Shown here in pieces: positions 26,277 to 38,004 of a stretch of DNA of 64,000 nucleotides. The translations under genes and the position numbers were made by a program. Position 1 is the first letter of the stretch. Each line of letters opens with the position of its first letter. The notes beneath the pieces were generated by a model. That model was not told the origin of the DNA and did no database searches. It saw only the letters and a program-made list of their open reading frames with translations. The stretch is from Eledone cirrhosa. Taxonomy: Eukaryota. The stretch is from assembly GCA_964016885.1 (NCBI GenBank), contig OZ024741.1:94116001-94180000 (forward strand). The letters are read 5' to 3'.

Positions 26277-26495
26277 AATAATAATAATAATAAGAAGAAG
26301 AATTTACTGGGTTCTTGTCATAAATGAAAATCTCGAAATATGTTAAAGGAATGAAAGTGGAATGCTGTCATCCATGCCGGGATTCGTATGCTTCCATATT
26401 GTTAATGTCCATGTTAATACGGTACTAAAGACATACTGAATAATAATAATATTAATAATACATAAATAATTAGTGAAAAAATTCAACAGTTTTAC

Positions 26496-26577
26496 CTTTC
26501 ACTTCTTCCAGAAATGGTAAAGTATTACCAAGCTGGAAAAGCGACAGAGATGCAACTAAAAACAGGAAAGGAGCCAT
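26496..26577 (-). CDS. VWA-domain secreted protein, exon 1 (signal peptide MAPFLFLVASLSLFQLGNTLPFLEEVK)
   Basis: ATG at 26577, hydrophobic signal-peptide-like N-terminus, 82 nt ending AAG|GTAAAA (phase 1), which matches the phase-1 acceptor at 3365. Too short for the ORF track; read manually. Confidence 0.8.
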
Positions 26578-26594
26578 TGTGTATAATAACAGAG

Positions 26595-26622
26595 GACTAA
26601 GTCATGGTGTGCTATATAAATA
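26595..26622 (-). promoter_or_regulatory. Putative core promoter of the VWA gene (TATA-like TATTTATATA plus Inr-like TTAGTC)
   Basis: TATA-like box at 26613-26622 and TTAGTC about 24 nt downstream, roughly 20 nt before the ATG. Confidence 0.45.
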
Positions 26623-27439
26623 AGCTGACGCTGGGAAATTTTGCAAATGTTCTCATTTCAAAATCTGTTCTAATCTTATCACATATTTCTTTTTGCTTTT
26701 TTTATAATCAAATTTTGACTTTTTCTTTGAGGTGTTACAGTGTACTCAAATAGATCCCTTCACTTCTCTAGGTTGATGTTAGGCGTAACGGCTTGAAGTT
26801 ATTGTACTTAATGTTTAGTTTAATTTGTTGCAGGTAAGTTAATAGAGACAAAAAAGAAAAAAAGGAAAAACAAAAAACGAAGAACATGAACTAATTTTCA
26901 GGGTGGTACAGATGGAGTAGGTTTTGTAAGAGGCGAAAGCTTTCTATCGCATTACACATACCTTCGTGCTCCAAAATATTGAATAAGGTATTTGTGCTGA
27001 GAAAAAATAACCTTTTCTATTAATAACTTATTGAGGGTGTAACGTAGATGAGGTGAGTATTAATGTTCATAGATAATAGCAGCAGTATTTATTAGTAGTT
27101 CATTAATAAAATAAAGGATATTTTTGGGGCTACCAAGTGTACAAAGTGGGATTCTAAGAGTGACCGCATAAAAATATAGAAAATACTTCTTTTGGTCAAC
27201 GGACGTAGAACTACATGTACTGACTCAGCTTTGCTATAACTTTACTTTCGTAGGTTTTGTTTTAAAATGATTCAAGCATATCTGAACTAGATGAAATAGT
27301 AAGAGGAAGACAAAAATGGGAAAATACAGGGAACATCTTCAATTTAGTGTCATAAATAAATGCTCGACACAAAGAAGAGAGCTGCAATATTATCAATATA
27401 TCATCATTAGTTAGATTAAAATTAATAAGTTTCGATCGC

Positions 27440-27792
27440 GAATACAAGTGGCTGAAATAGAGTTTCTCCGAATGGTCTTTGGAGTAACGTTACTCGATAG
27501 AGTGCGTAGCTCGAAGATCAGAGAGTCACTCCAGGTAGAGCCGCTACTTCTCAATTGGGAGGTCATAGCTCCAATGTGGTTAGAATATCTCAGGAAAGAA
27601 TCGCTGGACAGATTTTACGGGCAAAACCAACCGACAGCCGGATCAGTTGGAGACGGTTGCTTCTGACAAGACCCATTGGAAGGAGTGTTTGAGGACTCTG
27701 CGCCCACAACCCTCTCAGGAATAAGTGGGCGAAGAAGAAGAAGAAGAAGAAGAAGAAGAAGAAGAAGAAGAAGAAGAAGAAGAAGAAGAAGA
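27440..27792 (+). mobile_element. RTE-clade LINE 3' fragment with (GAA)n tail (related fragment at 1-225)
   Basis: AEIEFLRMVFGVTLLDRVRSSKIRESLQVEPLLL is typical of the RTE C-terminus; similar DNA at the window start; (GAA)n at 27731-27792. Confidence 0.65.
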
Positions 27793-29495
27793 AAAGTTTG
27801 AGGTCTAAAAAATAAATGTTTAAATTAGCGAATTGGCGGAGCCGTTAGAACTCACTATAGACTGCTTTGGGGGCATTCGTTTCAGTTCCCTGTGTTATGC
27901 GTTTAAATCCCGTTTTGACTTTCATCCTTTGTTAAAAAACAGTACTAGTCTAGTACTGGAGTTGACGCTTCCCATATATCTAATTTTCTCTCTCTTCATT
28001 TCTTTCTCTTAGAGAAAGCAGCTGTGTTCAAACATATTGAGATTTAAAGTGTCATGACGGCGTTCCTACGAATCCATCAGAAGTTACGGGTCAAAGAGAG
28101 AAAAATTGAAATTTAACATTAAACAGCTTAGCAGGAAATATTAAAATTATTTTAGGTGGTCGTTTTGATTTTAGATGATAACATTAAATGATGATATACA
28201 GAAAAAGAGAACATGGGTGATTTTAAAAATATAATTAGATAAGGAGAAAAATATATACATTGGGAGAAATAGAATAAACCAAAGTGAAACAAATAACTGG
28301 GAAGTAATCAAATAGGTAGAATATAAAGAGGGATATCAAGAAAGGTTGTTATTTAGCTCTAAATCTGTCATATTCAAGCAAACCTACGGTTATTTTGAAT
28401 ATCTTGAAGGACAGAGACCTATGTATCCCTTCCTTTTTATGTAGGAATTGAATGAATTTGGTCGTTATTTCTAGTGGATCAGGCGATCGTGGATAGGTTC
28501 ACTCGTTGGTTCGAGAATGTCATCTTATTAAAGCTCCTAGTTTTTGGAGACACGAATATGGACTAATAAATAAAGTGACAAAAATGATAGTTCAGCAATT
28601 ACACTGAAGTTAAATAGTCTTTTGCACTAAAGTGGTGAAAATAATATCAACGTTGCTACATTTTAATTTATATAGATAAAATGTTGATAATTCTATTTAT
28701 GGAATATATCATGTAAATATAGATAAATAGAAAAAGTAAATAAAACGAAAATTTAGATTGAGAAGAATGGAATGTAAAATAGGAAAATATAAAGAAAAAG
28801 AAAAGAAAAGAAAAAACCCGGAAAAGGGAGGGAATGGCAAGGGCTCTAGAGTCACAGAAGAATTGGATGGGGGTGATTGGAGTCTGGGCCTAAGGCGCGA
28901 CGGTAAAGGAGCTGCGCTCCGCGGAATCCTATATTCAGTGCAGTAACCAACAAATGAAACACATCAAATATCATTCTGCTATCATACGAATTATTTCTAA
29001 AACCTAGTAGATCTAGAAGCTTCTATAATTTGTTTCCATACACGTAGGTTGATTACTGATGGGGCAGCCAAAAGAAAAAAAAAAACATCACAAATGTTTA
29101 TATAATTTCTATTCAATCATTCCTTCTCATAAAACCGAGAAATACACACCAGATTTGCTCTCCAATATCGAGCAAAGATATAGAACGGCAGTTGACTAAA
29201 TCAACAGAACGTCAGATTCCGACCTCGCAATCTGATGTTCGTGTTCCCGGCCCTATGATTACTTTGCCGCTCAGGTGTAAGTAGGTACACTGATAGGTAC
29301 AGCTGACTGCTTCTAGCACCAAAGGTAATGATAATTATGAAGTGTTTCTTTACTTTGCAATGCGATTCAGTTCATTACTACATTAATACAAAGTGGACTC
29401 GCCATGAAAATATTTACTTCCATTTCTTATGCTGTCAATGCTTTCAAGTTAATTGGAACGAGATTGGTTATTTCTTTCTCTATGATACATAACAT

Positions 29496-29691
29496 CAGAC
29501 CTGTCAACTCTCCTCGTCCGAAGAGGAGATCTCCCACCCACTTTTGGATGGGTGAGTGATGTCTTCTCTTGTGAAAATGGGTATGGTTTTCATCATGTAA
29601 AATCTCCCCATTTTGCCCCATTTCTCCTCGTTTTGGGGCACTTTTTTGTCATGGTACTCCCCGTTTGGGCTTTTAGAGTTTGGTAGGTCTG
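29496..29691. mobile_element. Possible MITE
   Basis: Imperfect TIRs CAGACCTGTCAACT / AGTTTGGTAGGTCTG; TAACAT on both flanks. Confidence 0.35.
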
Positions 29692-31268
29692 TAACATATA
29701 TATACAGCTATCACCGCCATTTCGTCTAACCCACCGTTTCACCATCTACTACGTCGCTATATACGCTCGTATGAAGCAAAATTACATCTAGATAAATGTC
29801 ATTACGCTGCTATAGCCCCGATCATAATATTGTATCAGCAACCTAATACATACATCTTAATAGGAGCGTTCGTAGAAGAGGTGTATAAGTTCAACTTTGC
29901 GGAATGAAGAACATAAAGTTGGATTATTCAATCCTCAAGTCAATTGTTACCGGCATTGATCGTCCCTATTTTCCTCGGATTCCGAATGTTACTCTGTAGA
30001 TCCAAGTCTCACCTCCATAACTTCTCATTCCCTACTAAGCCCTTGACTTACGTCTTACTGGATAAATTTGGAGGTTAATCCTAAATGTTTTCCACAGTTT
30101 GACAAAGAGCTTACATATTCTGAATATTATCCTATTTTTAAAAACAGTTTAGATAATGTATTTTGAGGTCGTTATAAAACTGATGTGCATTTCGTATGAT
30201 ACGCTTGGTTGAATTGGGAACGAGTAAACAAGTAAATATTTGCATTGCTTACAGGATAGCAGCTTGCGCCGCAGGCTTTTGTTGTTTTGCTAACCCAACC
30301 TCGCAGCATAACATAGAACCTGCTGACACCAACTGTCAACAGATATTTTAGTATAAGAAAAACAATATAATGTCTCCGCTTTATTCGTATATTTTAGGAA
30401 AATTTTAATAGTTATTCTTTTATATCGGAAATATTTAGTCTTTTATACCGGATAGTGAAGTGTTTTGTATAATTTAAGAGAAGCTGAAATAATTCGTTTT
30501 CATTTAATCAGTTAAAACGCATTAGAAAAAAGTATGACTGCGTTATTTCCCATGTAGACTACGCCTTCAAATATATTGCTTTTGTGATTAATTAAAAAGA
30601 AACACATTAATTCTCTAAATAAATTTCATTTCTCACTCTTAGTACGGCTGTTACTTATAAGTATGTATACGTACATACATATATGTATACTGACGTACAG
30701 TAGTATGTATATATATATATATATATATACATACGTGCACACATATATATATGTACGTATGGATTCACCAAACATTTATTATAATGCTCGGTGTGTTTGT
30801 AAACAAACAACCCGAATTAAGCCGTACAGTGTCTAGCAACCATCGTTGCTCATTTGTTCAACACTGATGGGATGTTTGTTTACAAACACACCAAGCATCA
30901 TAATAAATGTTCGGTGAATCCATACATACATATATATATATGTGCATGTATATATATATATATATATATATATAAAAACAAATAACGAAACGAAATTAAA
31001 TTTCGTTTCGTTTGTAACTCACTTTTGTATGACTGACGCTTAAACAATTAAGTTAAAAATGTACATCTACATATGCATACTGAAATACTAGTGTGTATAT
31101 GAATACACACACGTATACATATGTAGGTGTAACAAGTCTTTCACTGGTTGCTTTACTGTGAGCAAACCCAGCTATTCTGTATGTAAACACACATACAAAC
31201 CGGTTTTTAGAGTCATACTGGTTTTCGGGGGAACACCTTCCCTCTATTCTCCAGAAATCCAGACAAGG

Positions 31269-31313
31269 AATATTGAACTAGTTTCGTTGTTGTTACAACT
31301 TATCAGCAATATT
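31269..31313 (-). ncRNA. Hammerhead motif with G8A core change (CTGATAA)
   Basis: Identical stems; core reads CTGATAA. Confidence 0.75.
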
Positions 31314-31736
31314 TACCTATCTACCGGCCCTTCTGGAGAATTGTAAAAGCACATATCGTTATATGCTTTTTCTATGAAAATTAGTAGTGGGCAGACTAAT
31401 TTGCATAGAGTGTGAGTACGCACCGGTTCAGCGGAGACGATAAAAACAAATAACGAAACGAAATTAAATTTCGTTTCGTTTGTAACTCACTTTTGTATGA
31501 CTGACGCTTAAACAATTAAGTTAAAAATGTACATCTACATATGCATACTGAAATACTAGTGTGTATATGAATACACACACGTATACATATGTAGGTGTAA
31601 CAAGTCTTTCACTGGTTGCTTTACTGTGAGCAAACCCAGCTATTCTGTATGTAAACACACATACAAACCGGTTTTTAGAGTCATACTGGTTTTCGGGGGA
31701 ACACCTTCCCTCTATTCTCCAGAAAGCCAGACAAGG

Positions 31737-31781
31737 AATATTGAACTAGTTTCGTTGTTGTTACAACTTATCAGCAATATT
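31737..31781 (-). ncRNA. Hammerhead motif with G8A core change (CTGATAA)
   Basis: Identical stems; core reads CTGATAA. Confidence 0.75.
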
Positions 31782-32204
31782 TACCTATCTACCGGCCCTT
31801 CTGGAGAATTGTAAAAGCACATATCGTTATATGCTTTTTCTATGAAAATTAGTAGTGGGCAGACTAATTTGCATAGAGTGTGAGTACGCACCGGTTCAGC
31901 GGAGACGATAAAAACAAATAACGAAACGAAATTAAATTTCGTTTCGTTTGTAACTCACTTTTGTATGACTGACGCTTAAACAATTAAGTTAAAAATGTAC
32001 ATCTACATATGCATACTGAAATACTAGTGTGTATATGAATACACACACGTATACATATGTAGGTGTAACAAGTCTTTCACTGGTTGCTTTACTGTGAGCA
32101 AACCCGGCTATTCTGTATGTAAACACACAGACAAACCGGTTTTTAGAGTCATACTGGTTTTCGGGGGAACACCTTCCCTCTATTCTCCAGAAAGCCAGAC
32201 AAGG

Positions 32205-32249
32205 AATATTGAACTAGTTTCGTTGTTGTTACAACTCATCAGCAATATT
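32205..32249 (-). ncRNA. Type I hammerhead ribozyme (intact core)
   Basis: Same sequence as 32441-32485 on the minus strand. Confidence 0.9.
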
Positions 32250-32440
32250 TACCTATCTACCGTGTGAGTTACAAACGAAACGAAATTTAATTTCGTTTCG
32301 TTATTTGTTTTTATCGTCTCCGCTGAACCGGTGCGTACTCACACTCTATCCAAATTAGTCTGCCCACTACTAATTTTCATAGAAAAAGCATATAACGATA
32401 TGTGCTTTTACAATTCTCCAGAAGGGCCGGTAGATAGGTA

Positions 32441-32485
32441 AATATTGCTGATGAGTTGTAACAACAACGAAACTAGTTCAATATT
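32441..32485 (+). ncRNA. Type I hammerhead ribozyme (intact core)
   Basis: AATATTG-CTGATGA-GTTGT aaca ACAAC-GAA-A ctag T-T^CAATATT: stem I 7 bp, stem II 5 bp, palindromic stem III ACTAGT. Confidence 0.9.
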
Positions 32486-32709
32486 CCTTGTCTGGCTTTC
32501 TGGAGAATAGAGGGAAGGTGTTCCGCCGAAAACCAGTATGACTCTAAAAACCGGTTTGTCTGTGTGTTTACATACAGAATAGCTGGGTTTGCTCACAGTA
32601 AAGCAACCAGTGAAAGACTTGTTACACCTACATATGTATACGTGTGTGTATTCATATACACACTAGTATTTCAGTATGCATATGTAGATGTACATTTTTA
32701 ACTTAATTG

Positions 32710-32868
<159 letters not shown>

Positions 32869-33089
32869 CTACTCTACGTCTGTATACATATATGTATGTA
32901 CGTATACATACTTATAAGTAACAACCGTACTAAGAGTGAGAAATGAAATTTCGTTTCATTTTTTCCGGTTATCGTTTTTGGTACTCCGGCCGATTAACTC
33001 ACTCGATATGCAAATTAGGCTGCTCAGCCGTTAATATGCATAAGGAAAGTATATACTTTCAGACGTTCAACCATCTGGCAGGAAGGTAT

Positions 33090-33132
33090 ACGTTGCTGAC
33101 GATAGCTAATAAGCTTGAAACTAGTACAGCGT
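33090..33132 (+). ncRNA. Type I hammerhead ribozyme of family 2
   Basis: ACGTTG-CTGACGA-tAGCT aata AGCTt-GAA-A ctag T-A^CAGCGT; T-T mismatch at the base of stem II. Confidence 0.8.
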
Positions 33133-33876
33133 TCCTTTGTCAGTGTTGAACAAATGAGCAACGATGGTTGCTAGACACCGTACGGCTTAATTCGGGATGT
33201 TTGTTTACAAACACACCGAGCATTATAATAAATGTTCGGTGAATCCATGCGTACATATATATATGTGTGCATGTATGTGTATATATATATGCACATACTA
33301 CTGTACGTCTGTATACATATATGTATGTACGTATACATACTTATATTTAAGTAACAGCCGTACTAAGAGTGGGAAATGAAATTTCGTTTCATTTTTTCCG
33401 TTTATATATATATACAATTGAATATATGAGAGGGATGAACACAGATACAAGTATACATATGTTCGAATTGTAAATGACCAAGTTAGCTAGATTGAAAAAA
33501 ATGGTTTGCCTGACTCGATTTAAAGTAATAAATCAATAAAAATAACAAACCTATAATTGGCAACAGCCTTCGACCCGGACAGATCTAAAATCTGTTTCGG
33601 AAGAATTATTAAGTGAAAGCCACCATTCCCGTGCTCTTCTGCGGGAATCCCGGAAATTCGTACCTTTCACTTCAAAAGATCTAAGAAGACCGAACAATGT
33701 GTTGATATAAAAAAGCACATGTTGCAGCACCTAATTGAAAACTGTGGCAGGCAGACCCAGCCACGACACCGAAGCAACAGGTTAAAAAAAAGGTATACAT
33801 ATATATATTTGTTTCGACACACGATTTCATATCAAAAACCTCGCAAAAACTAATTCATCGCCGTTAGGGCATTAGC

Positions 33877-35880
33877 TTGTGCCAAGCATTGAAAGACACT
33901 GTTTTCTGTTATATAAAAACTACAATACCAACAGAACAAATCCGCTTCTTAAAACACTGTGTTTCCTCCAAAACATACACAACAAACATATCAAAACAAG
34001 TAAATAATTTATTATTGAACAAAACACAAGCTGAACGACTAAAACACACAATAACAGTTAATATGAAAATAACAACATACACAAAAGTCAACGGGCTCTA
34101 CAGACAGAAACGCATTAACAGTAAGGAAATCCGAAATCTCACCACACCAAACGAGAGGGATGACTTCATGAGCGTCATTCGACGTGAAACGAAATACGCC
34201 TGAAACGAATGCAATAGGCATTTCAATAAGAAATTAGAATGGATGAATAAGAAAAAACTAGAAGAAAGGAAAATAGAATATTCTCAAAAATACCCAGATA
34301 ACATCAACAATATCCGTATGACTGATGTAGAACTACCTGAAGAATTTACCAATGACCACGCAGTAAATATTTATGGGAACACTTTAATCAGTGAACAAGA
34401 ACAACAAATCCTGCAGCTACCACCAAAATTTGCTACCTACAAAAAGATTAACCCTATTGGGTGCAAAACGGAGCTGGAAAAGTGTTTCACAAAAGTATGT
34501 TGAAATGCAAAAGTAAACAACAACAACAACTATACGGACAACAACAATAATAACGGTAGTAGTAATATAAACAATAACTCTGAGTATAGAAATAACAGCT
34601 ATAATAGTAATAGTCATAGCAATAACAATAGCAGGAGAGTGAGAAATAGTAATGATGGTAATAATATTAACGATAGACAGAACAACAACAACCACAATAA
34701 TAATAATAATAGAAACATTAACTACAGACACAGCAGCAGCGACTACAGTAGTAATAACGGTAACAATACGAATAACAACAACAACAACAACCACAGTGGT
34801 AATAATAGAAATAATACATGTAGCAACATTAATGATAGACACAACAAAAACAAGAAACATAATAAAAGTAACAACCACAATGGTAGAAATAACAGTAACA
34901 ACAACAATAACGGTGAAGAAAACAACAATCACAGAAACAATACATCTAGCAATCATAACAACAATACATCTAACAATCACAGCAACAATACATCTAGCAA
35001 TCATAACAATAATAATAATGCTAATGATAGGAACAACAACAACCACCATAATAACAATAATAGCAACACACACAACTATGACGATAGATATAATGACAAC
35101 CCCTTAGAGAAACTATTCTTCAACCCAGCTGAAAAAACATAGATGGGTAATATCTATCCTACGAGGTTATCCTTTAATAAAAGAGTTTGCATACCACAAC
35201 AAATAGATGACGAGACAGAGGCACAGTTCACCATAGCTAGAAATAAGATTAGACAAATAGTAGACCGGTATACTAAGAGACAGAGCAGACCAGAGGTCCA
35301 ACAACTTGGGAGGAAAGATGTAGAAGGCTTCGTTAGCCTCAAGCAGCGCACAAGGGATGGTGAGGTAGTATGTGTACCCACGGATAAGTCTGGTAGGATG
35401 TCAATAGACAGCATGCCGAACTACATCAAGGCAATGCAACCCCACATCACCACCACGAGCGAAATTGCACAGCAAATACATGATGGGAGAGAGAAAATCC
35501 TCAACGCTCACATGATGATGTTGACCGACATCCGAAAGCCAAGCAGACGCACTGCCAACAACTTCCAGGCGTCTAACAATGACATACCACCCTTGTATGG
35601 GCTCTGCAAAGACCACAAGACAGTCGACGACCCGACAACAGGACCACCAACACGACCCGTATGCGGAGCAAATATAGCTAGCAACTACAGGATATCCTAC
35701 TTCCTCTCAATGGTTATACGCCCCATAATCAAGATGTCCCCAGATGTATGTGACAGTACAGAGGACCTCCTCAGCAGAATCAGTAAGTGCAACAAAAACA
35801 GGAAACTATCCAACTGCATAATAGGCAGCATGGATGTGGTATCACTGTACCCATCCATTAACATTGATTTTGCTGTGGAA
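33877..35880 (+). pseudogene. Penelope-like element ORF (N-terminus, Asn-rich insert and first half of RT), 3'-truncated
   Basis: One frame broken by TGA 34201, TGA 34501 and TAG 35140. Motifs ILQLPPKFA, PTDKSGR, PPLYGLCKDHK, PTRPVC, STEDL and SMDVVSLYPSI are PLE RT hallmarks. Confidence 0.8.
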
Positions 35881-36129
35881 AGTTTGCAATTTTCAACTGT
35901 CAGTTGAAAATTGCAAACTTGACTGTCACCACACATTATGAACCTGAAGATTGCAAAAGCATGAAAGTACTTGTTCAATTAACACTTAACATTTAATATT
36001 TTATCATACTATTTCATTATAATACCATTATAAATTTTAAATGATTGTAAATAAAACAAGTAAATCAGACAAAGTTGGAATTCCTCTTATTAATATAATC
36101 TTCTATACACAATCATACACACCCGTGTA

Positions 36130-36196
<67 letters not shown>

Positions 36197-37009
36197 ATAT
36201 ATATATATATATAATGCTAATCATTGTAAGTTTGAATCTGACATGCAAAAACATATATACATGAATAAAGTAAGCCCAAATCATAGTAGATTCAAATATC
36301 ACAGGGAGAAAGAGAGGGGGGGGGGAGAAATGAGGTGCAACAGAAATGAAACATGGATTACAGTTTAAAATATAGTCTAGATAAATGTGAAATAAAACGG
36401 GAATGTAGTTTATGGAACACCCAAATGATTTAAAAGTTGACCTTAAGTAGGGGCAATGACATTAAGAAAGATATGAACTACTCCCCAACACTTTGTTTTG
36501 AAAATTTTCAAAGTAGTTTTATGAGTATGAATTTTCATAAGATTTTCGTAGTTGTCTTTGTGTCCTAGCGGTAGGTACTATAGACGGTGGAGATGCTGGC
36601 CTTGTGTTCAATCCTGGTCAAGAGTTACATGTAACCTTTTTCAGTTTTTATTTTACAACCCAGAGAAAAAAACTGAAAAGTTTTAACGGGAACCCTATTC
36701 CCAACCAAGATCGAACATCAGACCAGGATCACCACCATCTATGATTCCTCCAACTAGGCCACCGTGACAGCTACAAAAGTATTATGCCAATTGATAATTA
36801 TAAACTTACTTTCAAAATCAAAGTTAAAAAGATGTGGTGTCGTTCATGGCTTTCCTAGAGCTATTAGTAATATTTAGGGTCGCCTTCTGGTCTTTATTGA
36901 AAGTCTCTGGATTTCGCAAAACAATATTTTTTATTGGAGAAGGTAAGATATTTTTCCGCAAAAATTTGATTGCACTGTTTTGTTTCAATTCATGTATTTT
37001 TTGAAAATG

Positions 37010-37140
37010 TTATTTATTCATTATAAAAATTAAATGATAGCATTCTATATATAGGTGGGCCCCCATCATCTGGTTGCCAGATGATGGGGGTCCACCTATA
37101 TATAGAATGGTATCATTTAATTTTTATAATGAATAAATAA
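37010..37140. repeat. 64-bp-arm near-perfect palindrome
   Basis: Arms 37010-37073 and 37077-37140, centre TTG, two mismatches. Confidence 0.85.
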
Positions 37141-37409
37141 AATTAACAAGGATAACAGTGGTAAGGAAATGAGATATGAAAAATAGTGGTAGTTATTCCG
37201 ATGTTGTGTTTAGGTTGTTATGTCTTGTCCGTGGTTCCTGCCCGGCGGAGAATGTATGCTTACTGGTGTGTCTGGTATCCTAAGTGCAGCGTACTCAGTT
37301 GAATAATGGTCTTACTAGTTTAAAACTGGTATAACTGGTATATATAAAAAACACGTCACGTTATTTTTTGTTATATATATATATATATATATATATCCAA
37401 TATATTAAT

Positions 37410-37520
37410 TGTTTCTACTTTAGGCACAAGGCCAGCAATTACTCAGTACATTACTGGTACTTTATTTTATCGACTCCGTAAGGATGAAAGGCAAAGTTAA
37501 CCTTGGCGGGATTTGAACTC
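37410..37520 (-). mobile_element. 5'-truncated SINE with ~20-bp target-site duplication
   Basis: SINE core and tail; ATATATATCCAATATATTAAT is duplicated on both sides. Confidence 0.75.
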
Positions 37521-37529
37521 ATATATATC

Positions 37530-37854
37530 CAATATATTAATAAATGGAAACTATATTTATAAAACGATAATTATTTTATTATATATATTTCAAGGACAAC
37601 CAAGGCATTCTTGGTGCGCTTTCATCAGATAAAATACAAGATTTGTTTTATAATTGACATAACCGTGGAAAAAACAACCTTGACCGTGAACTTTCAACCG
37701 TCAAGGTTGTTTTTTCCACGGTTATGTCAATATTTATAAAACAAATCTTGTATTTTATCTGATGAAAGCGCACCAAGGGTGCCTTGGTTGTCCTTGAAAT
37801 ATATATAAAATAATTATGGTTTTATAAATATAGTTTCCATTTATTAATATATTG
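37530..37854. repeat. ~160-bp-arm palindrome: inverted pseudo-LTR pair carrying hammerheads
   Basis: Arms ~37530-37690 and ~37693-37854 are near-perfect reverse complements. Confidence 0.85.
37572..37636 (-). ncRNA. Type I hammerhead ribozyme (intact core)
   Basis: TATTTTAT-CTGATGA-AAG..ACCAAG/CTTGGT..CTT-GAA-A tatata T-A^ATAAAATA. The plus-strand mirror copy (37751-37812) lacks 3 nt at stem I. Confidence 0.8.
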
Positions 37855-37934
37855 AATATTTACTCCATAACTGTTGAATGCTTTATGTCAGTTATAAACT
37901 TTTAAGCTTGTTGGAATCCCAACAAATTAAATAT

Positions 37935-37999
<65 letters not shown>

Positions 38000-38004
<5 letters not shown>

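Noticed and set aside
30972-32261. CRISPR-like or plain satellite reading of the tandem repeat
   Set aside because: No unique spacers, eukaryotic context; the ribozyme and inverted segment point to a retroelement.
31158-32596. 62-aa ORF (MSKPSYS...) repeated three times
   Set aside because: GTG start, antisense to the ribozyme strand, no recognisable domain; it recurs only because the unit is repeated.
34201-34503. In-frame TGA codons as selenocysteine in the Penelope-like ORF
   Set aside because: A TAG also interrupts the frame, the TGAs fit CGA/TGG decay, and no SECIS can be assessed in a 3'-truncated copy.
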